A DNA stretch of 59,900 bases, counting the filler, from Basidiobolus ranarum (taxonomy: Eukaryota), in assembly GCA_040143965.1 (NCBI GenBank). It is 10 parts of 10 records of this genome, joined end to end, with 100 filler letters (N's around TTAATTAATTAA, not from the genome) between each part and the next. Parts side by side here need not be neighbours in the genome. Positions count along the whole stretch, not along the records: positions 36,032 to 41,929 come from JASJQH010001471.1; positions 42,030 to 47,923 come from JASJQH010001472.1; positions 48,024 to 53,915 come from JASJQH010001473.1; 7 more parts are not named here. The stretch is one strand, 5' to 3'. The position numbers and the translations under genes were made by a program. This document shows, in pieces, positions 38,228 to 50,795 of the stretch (within the stretch, counting starts at the first letter, position 1; every line of letters starts with the position of its first letter). Below the pieces are notes generated by a model that made no database searches, had not been told where the DNA came from, and saw only the letters and a program-made list of their open reading frames with translations.

Positions 38228-38932
38228 TAACGTATTTGCGTACTTGCTGGTTCCTGCTTCCCTTTAAATTTCTTTTTGACTTACCCTAGCACTTAGAGTA
38301 ACTAGAACCAACATTCCCTATAGCGTGGTAAACAAATCTGTGTATACCGTTTAGATAGTCTAGGCCTCGATTGACTCATTAATGACTTGGTCGCTGGCAC
38401 TCAGACTCCTCTTCTTTAGATAATCTGACTATGTTAAATCTTAATAAATTGTTGAAATCTTGAGATTGGCACATCCACCACTCTAAGTCATCAATATGCT
38501 GGACTACATGTGGTCAATAGTAAGTATCGACGGAAGCGTGTAATCGGCAAGTGTTGAGGTATATACTGAATGTTTGTAATTATACTGAGTTAATATTTAC
38601 TACTCATTGAAGTGACTGCTACTCAATTAAATCATCTCGATATTTAAAAACCATATGCACTACATTCAATTAACGGAAGGACGTGATGGATATCTGATAC
38701 TTATCCAGTCATTCTTTTCGTACTGCTCAAGATTCCCAGCTTTTAAATTGATGACGAAAGGCAAGACAAAGTTTATTATAGTGAAGTCTTCGTTCAAAAT
38801 ATAGAGCCCAGGAGGAGGCATCTTATACACCTTGGCACCAAGTTCGCTTCTTACTACCTTTGATATCGGAACTTTTAGCTCATTGCAAAAAATTAAAAGT
38901 ATTCAATATAGTGTTCGGTTTTATTAAATCGC

Positions 38933-39691
38933 CTAGTGAGCCTCGGAAGTGTCACCTGGACATCTTTCCTCCATCTCATTGAGACTTTGATACTCTTGAC
39001 CGCACCAAAGACAATAAAAATGAACACTTCGAAGATACGCGGTGACTTGTCTTAGCTGCTCTTCAAAGTCAAGAAGTTCAAATTCAGGAATGACCTCTTC
39101 TTCAGAAATTTCTTCTATGACATCTTCATTGGTTTTTCTCTTTGGCCAAAATTTATTCTCTTCAATGTCTTTAGCTCTATCTAATTGTTCACACACAATT
39201 CTAGACTTCCAAGCATCTCCTTTAGCTCTCTTCTCAGCAAATTTTTGCATCATTCTCTCTCTAAAGTCCCCGCGATCCTCTTCCTCCTCTTCCTTACGTT
39301 TCTTCTCAATGATTTTCATCTTCTCAAGTTCAGCATTTCGCTTACGTTTAAGCTCTTCTTCATGGCCTAAACCGGAATGTTTTGTTCTTATAACTATTGG
39401 GATGGGCTCCGTTCGACCTGGCATAGATTTCCCTAACGCCATACCTTCTGAATAACCCATCTTCTTCAACAATTCAAAACCTTTATTATCAGGCTCTATA
39501 CGAGTAGATAAACCTTCTTCACGCTTTTCCTGTTCAGTTTGACGTATAGGTTTTATTATACCTTTTTGACGTTGTTCAGCGGTTTTTTGTTTTCTTCTTT
39601 CGGAATAAGTAAGTTCTGGAGGTTTAGTAGATAATTCGTTAAGATCCATAGAAAGATAATCTTCTTCCTCAGAAGAAGAGATATTCGACAT
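38933..39691 (-). CDS. GPATCH11: G-patch domain protein 11 (CCDC75 / yeast Cmg1-like)
   Basis: EEEDYLSM, G-patch NKGFELLKKMGYSEGMALGK..GRTEPI...GLG, and C-terminal YLRSVHFYCLWCG.Y......CPG.T..H. Confidence 0.9.
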   Translation of the reverse strand: MSNISSSEEEDYLSMDLNELSTKPPELTYSERRKQKTAEQRQKGIIKPIRQTEQEKREEGLSTRIEPDNKGFELLKKMGYSEGMALGKSMPGRTEPIPIVIRTKHSGLGHEEELKRKRNAELEKMKIIEKKRKEEEEEDRGDFRERMMQKFAEKRAKGDAWKSRIVCEQLDRAKDIEENKFWPKRKTNEDVIEEISEEEVIPEFELLDFEEQLRQVTAYLRSVHFYCLWCGQEYQSLNEMEERCPGDTSEAH

Positions 39692-40304
39692 TTTTACTAG
39701 TGATTTGATAAAAGACTTATTTCATATATACTAACAGTAGCTTTAACCAGAAAAAAAATACCCCCCTTATCAAAATATACTTGGTCGGTTGAGTGGGATA
39801 TTGTTTATAGGACTTTCTAAACTAGTCACGAAAATTTCATTCATTTATGGCTTCTTTCGTGGTATCGAAAGAGCACGTGTTTTGACTTAACCCTGATATT
39901 ATCCTAGATGAATTAGGGGATTATTCTTGATCTAGTTGATTAAAAAACATCGGTTGGGATTCTCAATAGTTTATCAGACGTAAAATGAAAATGTTGGTTA
40001 AATGTATTCCCATTCCAATTGGCTTATACTGGTGGAAAAGAAAACCATGTTCTCTCACTTGATACTGGGATTTCCTGAGTATTACCTTTCCTAATACTGG
40101 AGTACTGAGAAGTCACAAGTACTCTGATCATCATTCATAGAAGGTAACTTTAATATCTCATATCGAATTCTTTTAGTATCAAGGTCAATCTATGTAAATA
40201 TTATTGAAAATATTTGGGATGCATTGGAAGTGTTCAGGATAATTGAAATAAATGTGTGACTTGCATTTATATTTACACTAGGATAAGAACTAATAGTAAT
40301 AGCT

Positions 40305-40635
40305 GTCGAAAATGGCATAGCTTAAGCATGTATATAGTCATATAGTTAGCTACCTAAACTTCACTATGCTATTACGAGATATCTCCCAGTTGGTAATTAT
40401 ATTTTGAAGTAATTTCCGAGTGAAGATTATATGATTCTCTCAAACTTGTCCAAGAGACCCCAAACTTTGTACACAGGCTTCTGGAACCTTCTTGAACGTA
40501 TTCTATATGTTGCTTTGTCTATCTCTTGAAAAAGCATAAATGTCAACTTACACTCCAATAAACAATTAAGTGCAAACCACTAGTGCTTTTAGTTTTCCAA
40601 ATCACTTCCAACAACTCCCATAATACTTCAAAAAT
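40305..40635 (+). mobile_element. Diverged single arm of the foldback element family
   Basis: Collinear with 2800-3130: gcatagcttaagcatgtatatagtcatata, ccccaaactttgtacac, aaatgtcaactt, ccaaatcacttccaaca. Confidence 0.65.
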
Positions 40636-43029
40636 AGCGATAAGAAGAGTAGCAAGAATAGGTCTATGCTTTTAAAGCACTTATATAGCAGGGGGGAAAG
40701 ATTAGTGCGTTTTGGACCAGTTCAAAAATGAGAAATATTACCATAAGCTCATTAGTGAAGATTTCAACCAGCGTCAATTTATTTGCTGAAAGTATAATAA
40801 ATACTTCTTTTCACGGCTGGATATATAAAACAATACTCTGATGTACATTTCCATTTGACCCTAATCTTGTCATTGAATGTGATTAATCATCCAAACTATC
40901 ATTCCGCCAGGAATTAAAACTTTTTACTTTTCAGTGTTGAGGCTGCTGGTGATAGAGTTCATATATATTTAGTTAGATGTTATCAAAAGTGATTCAGTGA
41001 CATTTATGACACGTGATCCACCTTTAGTTATATGCATGATTGAACATAGAACTATGCATTGAGGATGATAATATATCTTTCGGTGGGAATGCAGCATTTG
41101 CCACTCTTACAACAGAACCTTCGAATCTGGATATAGACCAGATTGGAGAAATACGCCAAGTAATTTCAAGTAATCCATAATCATGATCATAGGTCTCACT
41201 TGCTAGTTTGATGAGGCTTCTGCACCACCCATCATGCTGCCTCAATTTTTCGCCACTTTAGATGCGGCTACAACGTAATTGAGTTCAAATTGAATCTGCT
41301 TTCATAGAACTCCAACTAGTTGTCACTACGCGTGGTTTATGTTAGACTAGTATGGAAATCCATGATGGCGTTCAACGGAAGGTAAGGAATACAAGAATGG
41401 AAATTTATCAAGCAAGATGACCTCGTCAGTCTACGTCCACTATTCACTTTAGTGAAGACATCGGTTTTCCTGATCAGTACTGGCTTTGTGCAAGTTCGTT
41501 TGACGCCTTGTTTCCAAATGCTAATCATCTTAAACACTGAAGAGAAACCCCCGATATATCGACGCGTCTGCTAACAAATCCCGATTAATTTCTGTCGAAA
41601 TCTAGGCAGGAATAGAATCAAATAAATTCGCCTCAAATCTACTAAGATGGTGTTAAAAATACCTGTTCTAATAATAAATCCCTCAGTTGGCGTTATGGGA
41701 GGGTTGCACGAAATCAATGATTGCTTTCATCTGGGATTGACAGGCTAAGAAAGCAAAACAATAGGCGAGTGTGATTTGTACCGCTACTAGTCAAAACCCT
41801 CAAATGCTGCATAATCGATCACCTTTAAGGTTGGTGTATCCCTATGATGACCCGAATCAAGAAAATTTTGAAATGGTACTCGTTATTCTTTGTCACTGCT
41901 ACAAGTCCGGAAGAACAGTTTCTCCATGCNNNNNNNNNNNNNNNNNNNNNNNNNNNNNNNNNNNNNNNNNNNNTTAATTAATTAANNNNNNNNNNNNNNN
42001 NNNNNNNNNNNNNNNNNNNNNNNNNNNNNGATAGAGAAAACTGAAGAGTATAATTATATGGGATTCTTGAGGATTTGTGAATATATATTGGAAAGGTTCG
42101 ATCAATGTCTAAAATAAGAAGAATGCATGGAGGCTTTTTGAATGCAAATATGATTTGTACACATGTTGAATGCATAAACAATGATTATCACTGGATAAAA
42201 TAAGCATAACTTCCAGTTGGATCATACAAATCAACTTAGCTCTGATAGGTAATATTGATGTTACATGTATCTTTGAGAATGATTTTCCTCGAAGCCCCTC
42301 TCCCGGACACTTACAATGCTCACTACGTGGATTGGATATTCTGTCCATCAAATTATAATCTCTACATGCCTTTTAGTTTCTCTACCAAAGTTAAAAATTA
42401 TTGCGAGTAAACAGCTCTTACATGCATTCAGTATACCTCGTTTTGCATACTAATATGCGTTTTGAAATTTGGTTTAAAAAATGAATATATGCTGCATTCC
42501 TATAACCCACTCTTTTTGGTGATGAAAAGTGAGCCTCAAACTAACAGCTATTTACCATCTGACAAGTTTGTCAAAAGACGATTTTGCGAATGTCCCAAGG
42601 CCACGACCAGTTGTGAAAATACCTGGTACACAGCACAAGAGAAACCTGCCTTGCTTTTAACCAAGGTCTGACCCTAGTTTTTATAGTGCCGATAGAGAAA
42701 TGGTAAAATCCAAAATATATGGGATTGGTAAAGATTTCTGAAGTATTTGGTCAAATTTAAGAACAATCCTCATCCGATTCTTATCGAGGTGATTAGGGCT
42801 AATCGTGATTTGACATTATATTAGTCACAGAATAAATAATAGATCACGGCCAGTTCGTGTAGATATATAGAAGTGGATGACAACCATTGGTTGGATATTT
42901 ATTAGTAACTAATATAATTAGCGTGGCTGAATGAAGGTGGAAGTTAGTGAAAGGATGTGAGAAGTCCATATCGTGTGCAATCTTCTAAAGTGAAAATGTT
43001 GCAGACGAGGGAGCACTATTGAAGGAGCA

Positions 43030-45468
43030 CTATTGAAAGAGGGTGAAAATACCATCCGAGTCTTGGAAATCGTTATGGACAATATTCACAAGGTAATAGG
43101 TGTCAGCAATCTCTTGTATTAATTTGGCGGATGGACTCTTTGGTAAATAAATCATTCGCCATTCGTTCCATATTTGAAAGGCCTCATCTCCCCATGCTTC
43201 GAAGCTGACTCTTTCTATCATTGTTGGTTGAGCAATTTCTCGGCTAGGGAAGACTCCCCACGTAACCGCATTAGGTTCTTCTACTTCAATGTTTGTCTTA
43301 AAGTCTCCCTACAGTAACGATTGAATCAGTATTGTTTATATAACATCATGTCTTCGGGCCCATCAATAATACCTTGGCGTTCTGTGCATAGAATGTAATG
43401 TATGGATTGTTCTCGAACTTCACAAGGATTTTCTCCAGTTCCTCGGGTGAGGTGAAGAACTCAAGGAATGCCTACATAGTGTGAATGTTCGCATGAGTAT
43501 ATTTAAATAGAAGTACATAGTGTGTTACCAATCCTAACCTTCTGATAGACGTATCCATTTTTAGGTCCCCAACCGAATACGGGATCATTACTGCGAACAC
43601 CATTGACTGCAGGCTGACTACCGACCGTCCAGAATCCTTTAGAGTTCAGATCAGCAAGTTTCTCACGGATCGCATCAGTTTCGGCGAATAGAGGCTCATC
43701 TGACCAAGGAAGTGCCTTTAGCTGGCCTTGAATGTAATTGGAAAATATATCAGAGATATCTTTTTTGTCGACAGGGTATCCCCAGAGCTTCAAGGCCTCC
43801 TGCACCTACAATAATTATTCATTGTTTAAAAAGTGACCTCTATTGCGAAATGGGGCCAATGGACTTACTGTGACTTTCAGAGATGCACCATAACCGTCAA
43901 TCTCACCATACGCTAATTTATGTTAGGATTGAAATGTTTTTAATCAATGATACTTGTCACATACACTGTAATGATGAACAATACCTGGTGACCGGGAGTC
44001 TCCCCATCTGCCGTTAGGAAATTCATCCCAGCTTTCATTTTGCAAAATGATCCCTTCCAAAGAGTCGTTCAAAATGGGCGCCTTGAGATGGGCTTCATTC
44101 TAAAGGGCAAGCAAGTTAATGGGAAAAATTGGAAACTCGGAATGCTCGAATGCCATCAAAATTACCTTTGCCAATCCATCAATTATCGTGAGTTGCTTCT
44201 CTACGAATCCACATCCCTCTAAAATCAATCGTACGGACTTCTCCAAATTTAATGTGCAAAAGTGGAATCCATTCACTCCGCCTTGACGTAGTGCTTGGAT
44301 CATTTCAATACAGAACTTCACACCGAACTCCTTGACTGCTTGGTCATCACCCTGTACAAAAGTAAGTCCAGTTAGCATGAGAAGACACGAAATGCTTTAC
44401 GCGCTTATGACCTTGATAGATTCAAGAATCTCTAGTATGTGAGTTGGAACTTCGATTTGGCAGAGATTGGTGAGTCGACGGAAGCTGGTATAGGTTTGAA
44501 TTGGCATGATACCAGGCAGAATTGGCACCGTAATCCCTGGAAATTTTCTCAAGCGTTAGGAAACGAAAAGAAGCAGTCTCTTAGAAAGAATCGCGATGTT
44601 AACTGACCAATCTCACGACAATCTTCGACAAATTTCAAGAACAGCTGTGGGTCAAAAAAGATTTGAGACATAACAAAATCACTACCGGCATCTACTTTTT
44701 GCTTCAAAATATCTAGGTCTTTCTCTTTACTGTCCGACTCAGGCAGGCCTTCAGGGTAACCTAATCGTTTATAATTTATCAACTGTCGACTTGGAGAATG
44801 ACTGAAAATGTGGCTACTTACCAGCGACACCTATACAGAAATAATCACCGTACTCCTGGCGAATGTACCGGACCAGGTCAAGGGCATACCTGAATTGGGT
44901 TTCGCACTCATTGGCATACTCTTGATTTCTGGGTGGATCTACGAAATATCCAATCATTTTCTAAGTTTACATGTCCATACCACTTGGCTCAAACTACATA
45001 ATCAAAGTACCTCCTCTTAAAGCTAATATATTTTGTATACCAGCAGATTTCGCTTCCTGTTAAAACACTTGATTAGTACGGTATTTAAGAATATAAAAGA
45101 AATTATGGCTTACTCTCAAGGCATCGTCAATCTTACTCTTCGACATGTTCGTGCAAGTTAAATGCATGCATGTTTCCAGATTTTGGTAACTCTGTGCAGT
45201 AGTACAAATCTCCAAAGTTCGGTCAGAAGTTGAGCCTCCGGCACCCCAGGTGACATCAATAAACTCGGGTTTCAATCCTGACATGCGTTGAATACGCTCG
45301 AATAAGTTCTCAACGCCCTAAAGTAACGATATAGCCGATAAATTTGGTTGTACATAGAGCTTAATAGATCAAGTATTTTACCTCGTCTGTTTTGGGTGGG
45401 AAGTATTCGAAGGACCAAAAGGAGCGATTTTCCTCGAGAGCTTGTTTGATTTTACTGGTGATCTTCAT
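43030..45468 (-). CDS. MET13: Methylenetetrahydrofolate reductase (eukaryotic type, with SAM-binding regulatory domain), multi-exon
   Basis: WSFEYFPPKT, FIDVTWGAGGS, CMHLTCTN, GYPEG, KVDAGSDFVMSQIFFD, GFHFCTLNLEK, WDEFPNGRWGDSRSP|AYGE, SQPAVNG..FGWGP.GYVYQK, NAVTWGVFP. MET12 versus MET13 is not resolved. Confidence 0.95.
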
Positions 45469-46301
45469 GTTTTATCTTCTGGAAGGTAGATTAATGCTAT
45501 TCTTTGCTTGAGTTGTAGTGCTGAATGGAGCGCTTGATGGTCGAATGTATCGAGTTCAACACTAAAGCTATGTACTCTCGAAAGGGTGAGAACTAGAAGA
45601 TGAATCTAATCCACGCAAATTATTATTCTAATCATTCTTTCCAGATTCCGAAAATATCATATACCGTCATTGTAGCTAAATGATCAACCAATGGTGTTTG
45701 CGTTTCATCTAAATGTAAATCTTTAACTAACACTAGCTAGTCAAAAGTCGGTGGATAATGAAGCAAATATAGCTATCCGGTAGTTCACTAAGCCACTATA
45801 TGTTGCGATTTCAAGAAAAAATGAGTCATTTTGAATGATAATGATTCGTTCTGAATAAGCAGCCATAGCTCCATTCATTGCCATATTTAATAGTGCGGAA
45901 TGGATTTAGAAAGATTGTTGGATGGATTTATTGGTAAAGCCTAAGAAGGTTAGGGCTGGTGAAGATAATCTACATCAGAATCACTGACCAAAACACTAAA
46001 CATTCCAATATACGAGTTCAGCTTATGAATGCGACTTTGAGGACTACAAACCCTTTTAATGAAATTTTCAAGCTGAGTGAATGGAGTGAAGCTCTAATGG
46101 CTTGCGAGTAGAGCTTCATTGAGAGAAAAAGAATGGCTACTTGTATGTGAGTAAGTAGGTAGGGAATCCAAAATAAAGAAAGACTAAATTATATTGGCAA
46201 AATAATAGAAGGGAACTTGATAAATAGGTTGAACACAAGGTAACGAAGAGTGTTGTAATTAATTGAAAACGGATAGTGAAAATGATTGGATTGCGAAATA
46301 T

Positions 46302-47923
46302 TTAGCAAATAATGCACATGCTCTTCTTCTTCTCTGGGCTTGCTTTGTGGTCGGAGAGGGCAGATGTGGAAGCTACTGAGTATGGGCGTTCCTTGGCTTC
46401 CTTACGGGATGTCTCTACCATAGAGGAAGGTCTATCGGATTCTTGAAGATGACGGAGTTGCTTAGCTGATAAAGTAGCGGCCTTAGGAGGAATAGTATCA
46501 GCTGGTACTTTAATAGATTCGACAGCTTCGGCAATCTTGGCTTTAACATCCTCATCGGCTACATCAACCGACTCAACTTCCTTTCCTTTGACTTCAGCAA
46601 CTTGTTCAACAGTTGTGGGCTCAACAACCTCAACAGTAACTGCTTCAATTGGTACCTCAATAACTTCTTCTGTTGCCTTAACGTCGTCTTCGGCAGTAGT
46701 GGTAACTGAAGCAACAATGTCGTTCACAGTCGATTGAACTGTTTCGATAGCATTTGAGGAAATTTCGGATGTCTTGCTAACGATGGGCTCAAGGGTCTCA
46801 CTAACTTGCTCAATAACTTCAGTAACCTTAACTTGTACGTCATCGACAATGCTACTAGTTTGCTCTTCAGCGACTACCTCAGTTTCGGCAGCCTTAGCAG
46901 TCTCCTCTTGAGTAGCTTCGGTGACATCAGCAGCCTTTTCTTCGACAACTTCGGTAGCTTCAGCAACAGTTTCTTTAGTGGCTTCGACAGTCTCGGCAGC
47001 CTTCTCTTGAGCGACCTCTACAGCATCAGTAGCAGCTTCGGTAATCTCAACAGCCTTCTCTTCAGCGGCTTCGGCAGCTTCAGCAGCGGTTTCTTTGGTG
47101 GCTTCGATAGTCTCAGCAGCCTTTTCTTCGACCACCTCAGTGACTTCAGAGGATTGCTCCTTAGCGGCTTCATAAGTCTCAGCGACCTTCTCTTGAGTGG
47201 CCTCTACAACTTCAGCAACTTGTTCCTTAGTGGCTTCAGCAGTTTCAACAGCCTTCTCCGGGATTGTCTCGGCAACCTCGGTAGCTTCAACAGCCTTCTC
47301 TTCAGCAACTTCGGCAACCTCAACAGCCTTATCTTGAGTAGCTTCAGTGATATCAGCGGCCTTCTCTTGGGCAACTTCGACAACTTCAGAAGCAACTTCA
47401 GTAGCCTCAACAGCCTTCTCCTCGACGATCTCAGTAGTTTCAGCGACGGTTTCCTTGGTGGCTTCGACAATATCAGCGGTCTTCTCCTCGACAACTTCAG
47501 TAGCTTCAGCAGCCTTCTCTTGAGCGACCTCAGCAGTCTCAGCGACTGTTTCTTCAGCAGTTTCAACAGATTCAGCGATCTTCTCTTCGGCAACTTCAGT
47601 AGCTTCGGTGGCAGCTTCGACAGTCTCGGTGGCCTTCTCTTCGACAACCTCAGCAGTCTCAGCGGCTGTCTCTTGAGCAGTTTCAACAGTTTCAGCAGCC
47701 TTCTCTTCGACAGCTTCAGTAGCTTCAGCGACGGTTTCTTCGGTAGCTTCGACGGCATCAGCAGCCTTTTCTTCGGCAACTTCAGTAGCTTCAACAACGG
47801 TTTCTTCGGTAGCTTCGACAGTCTCGGCAGCCTTTTCCTCGGCAACTTCAGTAGCTTCAGTGACGGTTTCTTTGGTAGCTTCGACAGTCTCGGCAGCCTT
47901 TTCCTCGGCAACTGCAAAAGAGT
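46302..47923 (-). CDS. Acidic A/E/T/V/K-rich 22-aa repeat (LEA-like) protein ending in CaaX, 5'-partial
   Basis: The frame is open upstream of the listed ORF, towards the contig end (possible acceptor ttttgcag at ~47912). Repeats AEEKAAETVEATKETVTEATEV; ends KKKSMCIIC*. Confidence 0.75.
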
Positions 47924-48023
47924 NNNNNNNNNNNNNNNNNNNNNNNNNNNNNNNNNNNNNNNNNNNNTTAATTAATTAANNNNNNNNNNNNNNNNNNNNN
48001 NNNNNNNNNNNNNNNNNNNNNNN

Positions 48024-48100
48024 AGAGCGCTGGATATGATGAACAATAAATTGTTGGTAAGAAGCATCATGTCAACGTTCAGTCTGATGGAGGAGAGGCT
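48024..48100 (-). CDS. Start (signal-peptide region) of a tandem paralog of the 48885-49721 gene, cut by the contig end
   Basis: Near-identical to 49675-49750; encodes MMLLTNNLLFIISSAL. Confidence 0.6.
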
Positions 48101-48884
48101 ACTCAAGAGAAGTATGGAGTAAAGAGAAGCTGTTACCGCCTTTTAAGAGAGTTTTTACAGGATATGTAAGGAGTTTAAACATCTCCGGATTATTTCCGAT
48201 TTACCTTAGTAATGAGGGGATGGTTTATGTATAGCTTCAATAATTACATTATAGGACTTCAGCATGGATACCATAAAAATCAGATCAAGGAGATATGCAA
48301 TAAATCGGTCATCGTTTATTCTGTCTAAAAACAACCTTTTATTGGGGTAGTCATTAGATATTTCGCTTTGTTGAGGAAATAGGAAGTTAACATCATTAGA
48401 TCCTACTAAATTAGTTTATAGGGTCTAGCTCAAGCTTACCATCAGGGATGTGTGATCAGACTCCTGAGAGTACGCATCATAAAATACTCCAAAGCTAATA
48501 CAGCACTGATGCCTAACAACAAAACCTAATTTCAAATGGACACAGAGATTTGTGAAGCAACTGAAGCTATTAAGCTTGCTAGTAACAGGAACCAACTAAT
48601 CTGGTCCTGTACTAAACGTTGACGATTAGTGCAACTTTGCGATTACCTGAGATTGAGTACATTCTCAATTAGATTCAATGTATCATTTCTTACTCTAACC
48701 TAGAAGTAGGAAGCGCCCTTATGACATATATCCAAACTGAAGTAAAAACCTTACATAAACTTTCATGTGATTGGTACATTATTATGCAGTAGAACTATTA
48801 TTGTCAAGAAATGTTGATTTATTTCACCTGTCATATGGTATCTGATCTGTACTAAATCTTGGTATTGGATTAGTAATGGGCCAT

Positions 48885-49721
48885 CTAAACATACACTACA
48901 GGTTTCCCCATGCAGGCCACATATTTCACAGGTATCTGATTGGCTTTAAGCTTAGTCTTAATCTGCTGGCAGAAATCATGGTCAGCAACATCCGATACCT
49001 GGGTAGAGTCAAAGGGTGTTGCGTCTTCAACACAAACCAAATCACTCCATAGAAAACCACCTGCAGTCAATTGATCATGGACAGGGCGGCACTTACTATC
49101 GGGTCCAAAAGTTGGCACTGGAGGAGCAGTGTTATGCGTCTTGTATACTCTCGCTCTCTTCACCTGGGATCTTTTGTCGCAAACTTTTTCATTCACTCTG
49201 ACCCCCAAATCGTGAAGTAGCTGAACCAAGCCAGAGCAGTCATATTCAGAGAAATCATTTTCTGAGAAGTCATCATCACCCAAAAGAGACACTTGCAAAT
49301 CAACTACACGTCCAATACACACTTCTGGTTGTATTTTGTGACTATATTGTTGAAGTTCCCGTACAATCTCTCTGCATTGATTCGCATGCTTCCTTTCCAA
49401 ATCATCAGAACGATTTTCACCTCCATCAACAGGACAAATGCTTACATCTACTAGAACACCTCGTTCTCGTGCTTTTTCAACAAGATCATGGCATTCTAGC
49501 TCGGCAGGATCTAGAAGCTCGATACCCCCATTGCTAGGCTCAAGAGAGCTAGCGCATTTCTCAGGGAGAATATTTGCATTGTAGCGAGTGTTCAGGTGCG
49601 ACACTAGATCCTGGCAGTAGTTTATCCCAACTGGGGGAGTGTATCCTCTCTCCACCACATAGCCAGAGGCTAAAAGAGCGCTGGATATGATGAACAATAA
49701 ATTGTTGGTAGAAAACATCAT
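48885..49721 (-). CDS. Secreted protein with six C-x18/19-C modules, unknown function
   Basis: Intronless ORF. Signal-like MMFSTNNLLFIISSALLASG. TATA (tatataaa) ~75 nt upstream favours ATG 49721. All 12 Cys occur in six regularly spaced pairs. Confidence 0.8.
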   Translation of the reverse strand: MMFSTNNLLFIISSALLASGYVVERGYTPPVGINYCQDLVSHLNTRYNANILPEKCASSLEPSNGGIELLDPAELECHDLVEKARERGVLVDVSICPVDGGENRSDDLERKHANQCREIVRELQQYSHKIQPEVCIGRVVDLQVSLLGDDDFSENDFSEYDCSGLVQLLHDLGVRVNEKVCDKRSQVKRARVYKTHNTAPPVPTFGPDSKCRPVHDQLTAGGFLWSDLVCVEDATPFDSTQVSDVADHDFCQQIKTKLKANQIPVKYVACMGKPVVYV

Positions 49722-50202
49722 GTCAACGTTCAGGCTGATGAAGAAGAGGATATGAAGGAAAGATAAGTTTACTATCATTAGATGAGACTCGTTTATATAA
49801 TAGCACCAACAGTGACTATATGCATGTATTCCATCTTTAGTATCTATTCCGTTAATTTCCTGATGCAGGTCGATAAATATTAGTAATAGGAAAGATTTGT
49901 TGTAGCATTGCTTATCTTCAAAAATCGGGACACTCCCTCTCTGCTACGATCTCTCTATTCTTCGAGAAAATTCCTAGCGGAATCGCATCTTCCACTAGGA
50001 TATAATGGCAAGGTAGATGTAGGAGGGATTCCTTCCCTGGATCCATTCAATGTATTATTATCATCATCCAAGAGAGGAATGAAGTTCATTTTAGATCACT
50101 AATATTAGTTATTCTCCGTATTAATCGGAAGGAACGAAATGAACGATATTTCACAGGTACATGACCCATCTCTTTATTGATTTTAGGGACATACACTGAT
50201 TG

Positions 50203-50795
50203 TTAAATCCCATCATCAATCAGATCCATCTTTGGTTGACTATTAGGTATCATAGCATCTATTCCGATGGTATTTTTCAACCCTTCTTTTCTCATTTCTT
50301 CATTTTCTTTCTTACGCTCATCACTTGCAAGGTCTTCTCCGCTTAATTCGGAAAACTCTTTCGCACTTAAATCACCCAATATCACACTCTTACGTAAATC
50401 CGGATTATTGGGGTCCTTAAGATTTAGTACTTTGGAACGGATTTTACTTTTGTACTCGTGGTTGATTTCATTCTCCTCCGAGAATATTTCTATTAAACTT
50501 CACGGTGAGATGAATTCACATAAATTCCTCTCCAAAATATAAATGGACTAGGGTATATGAATAATAGTAAGGAGAGAAAATACCTGACTCGATTTTAACC
50601 GCCTTTTGAAGTAATTGGGTTTCTTGTTTCTCATTTGCAGCAGGATCTTCTTTTAGAGCTTCAAATATCATATGAACACCTAGAAAATGAATTTGAACCG
50701 ATTAATGGAAATACCTTTGGAGGTATTGGTTCACTTCTTTCGTTTAGTGCTTTTCTTTTACCTTTTTCTCGTGTTTCGTCGAGGCTACTTGACAT
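50203..50795 (-). CDS. TFIIS central-domain (domain II / TFS2M)-only protein, 138 aa
   Basis: Exons 50795-50762, 50679-50584, 50489-50203. REKGVHMIFEAL..AVKIESEIF..EYKSKIRSKVLNLKDPNNPDLRKSVILG....EDLASDERKKENE. Confidence 0.82.

Noticed and set aside
39042..39455. 137-aa Ser-rich ORF
   Set aside because: Antisense to the Glu/Lys-rich GPATCH11 coding sequence.
31832..39691. Apparent clustering of two G-patch genes (TFIP11, GPATCH11)
   Set aside because: They lie on different contigs separated by an artificial linker.
41020..41929. Short ORFs at the end of contig 7
   Set aside because: No motifs and no consistent splice model.
46806..47975. 389-aa Ser/Phe/Leu-rich plus-strand ORF and 237-aa Leu/Lys-rich minus-strand ORF (47204-47917)
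   Set aside because: These are antisense and alternative-frame shadows of the repetitive A/E/T/V/K gene.
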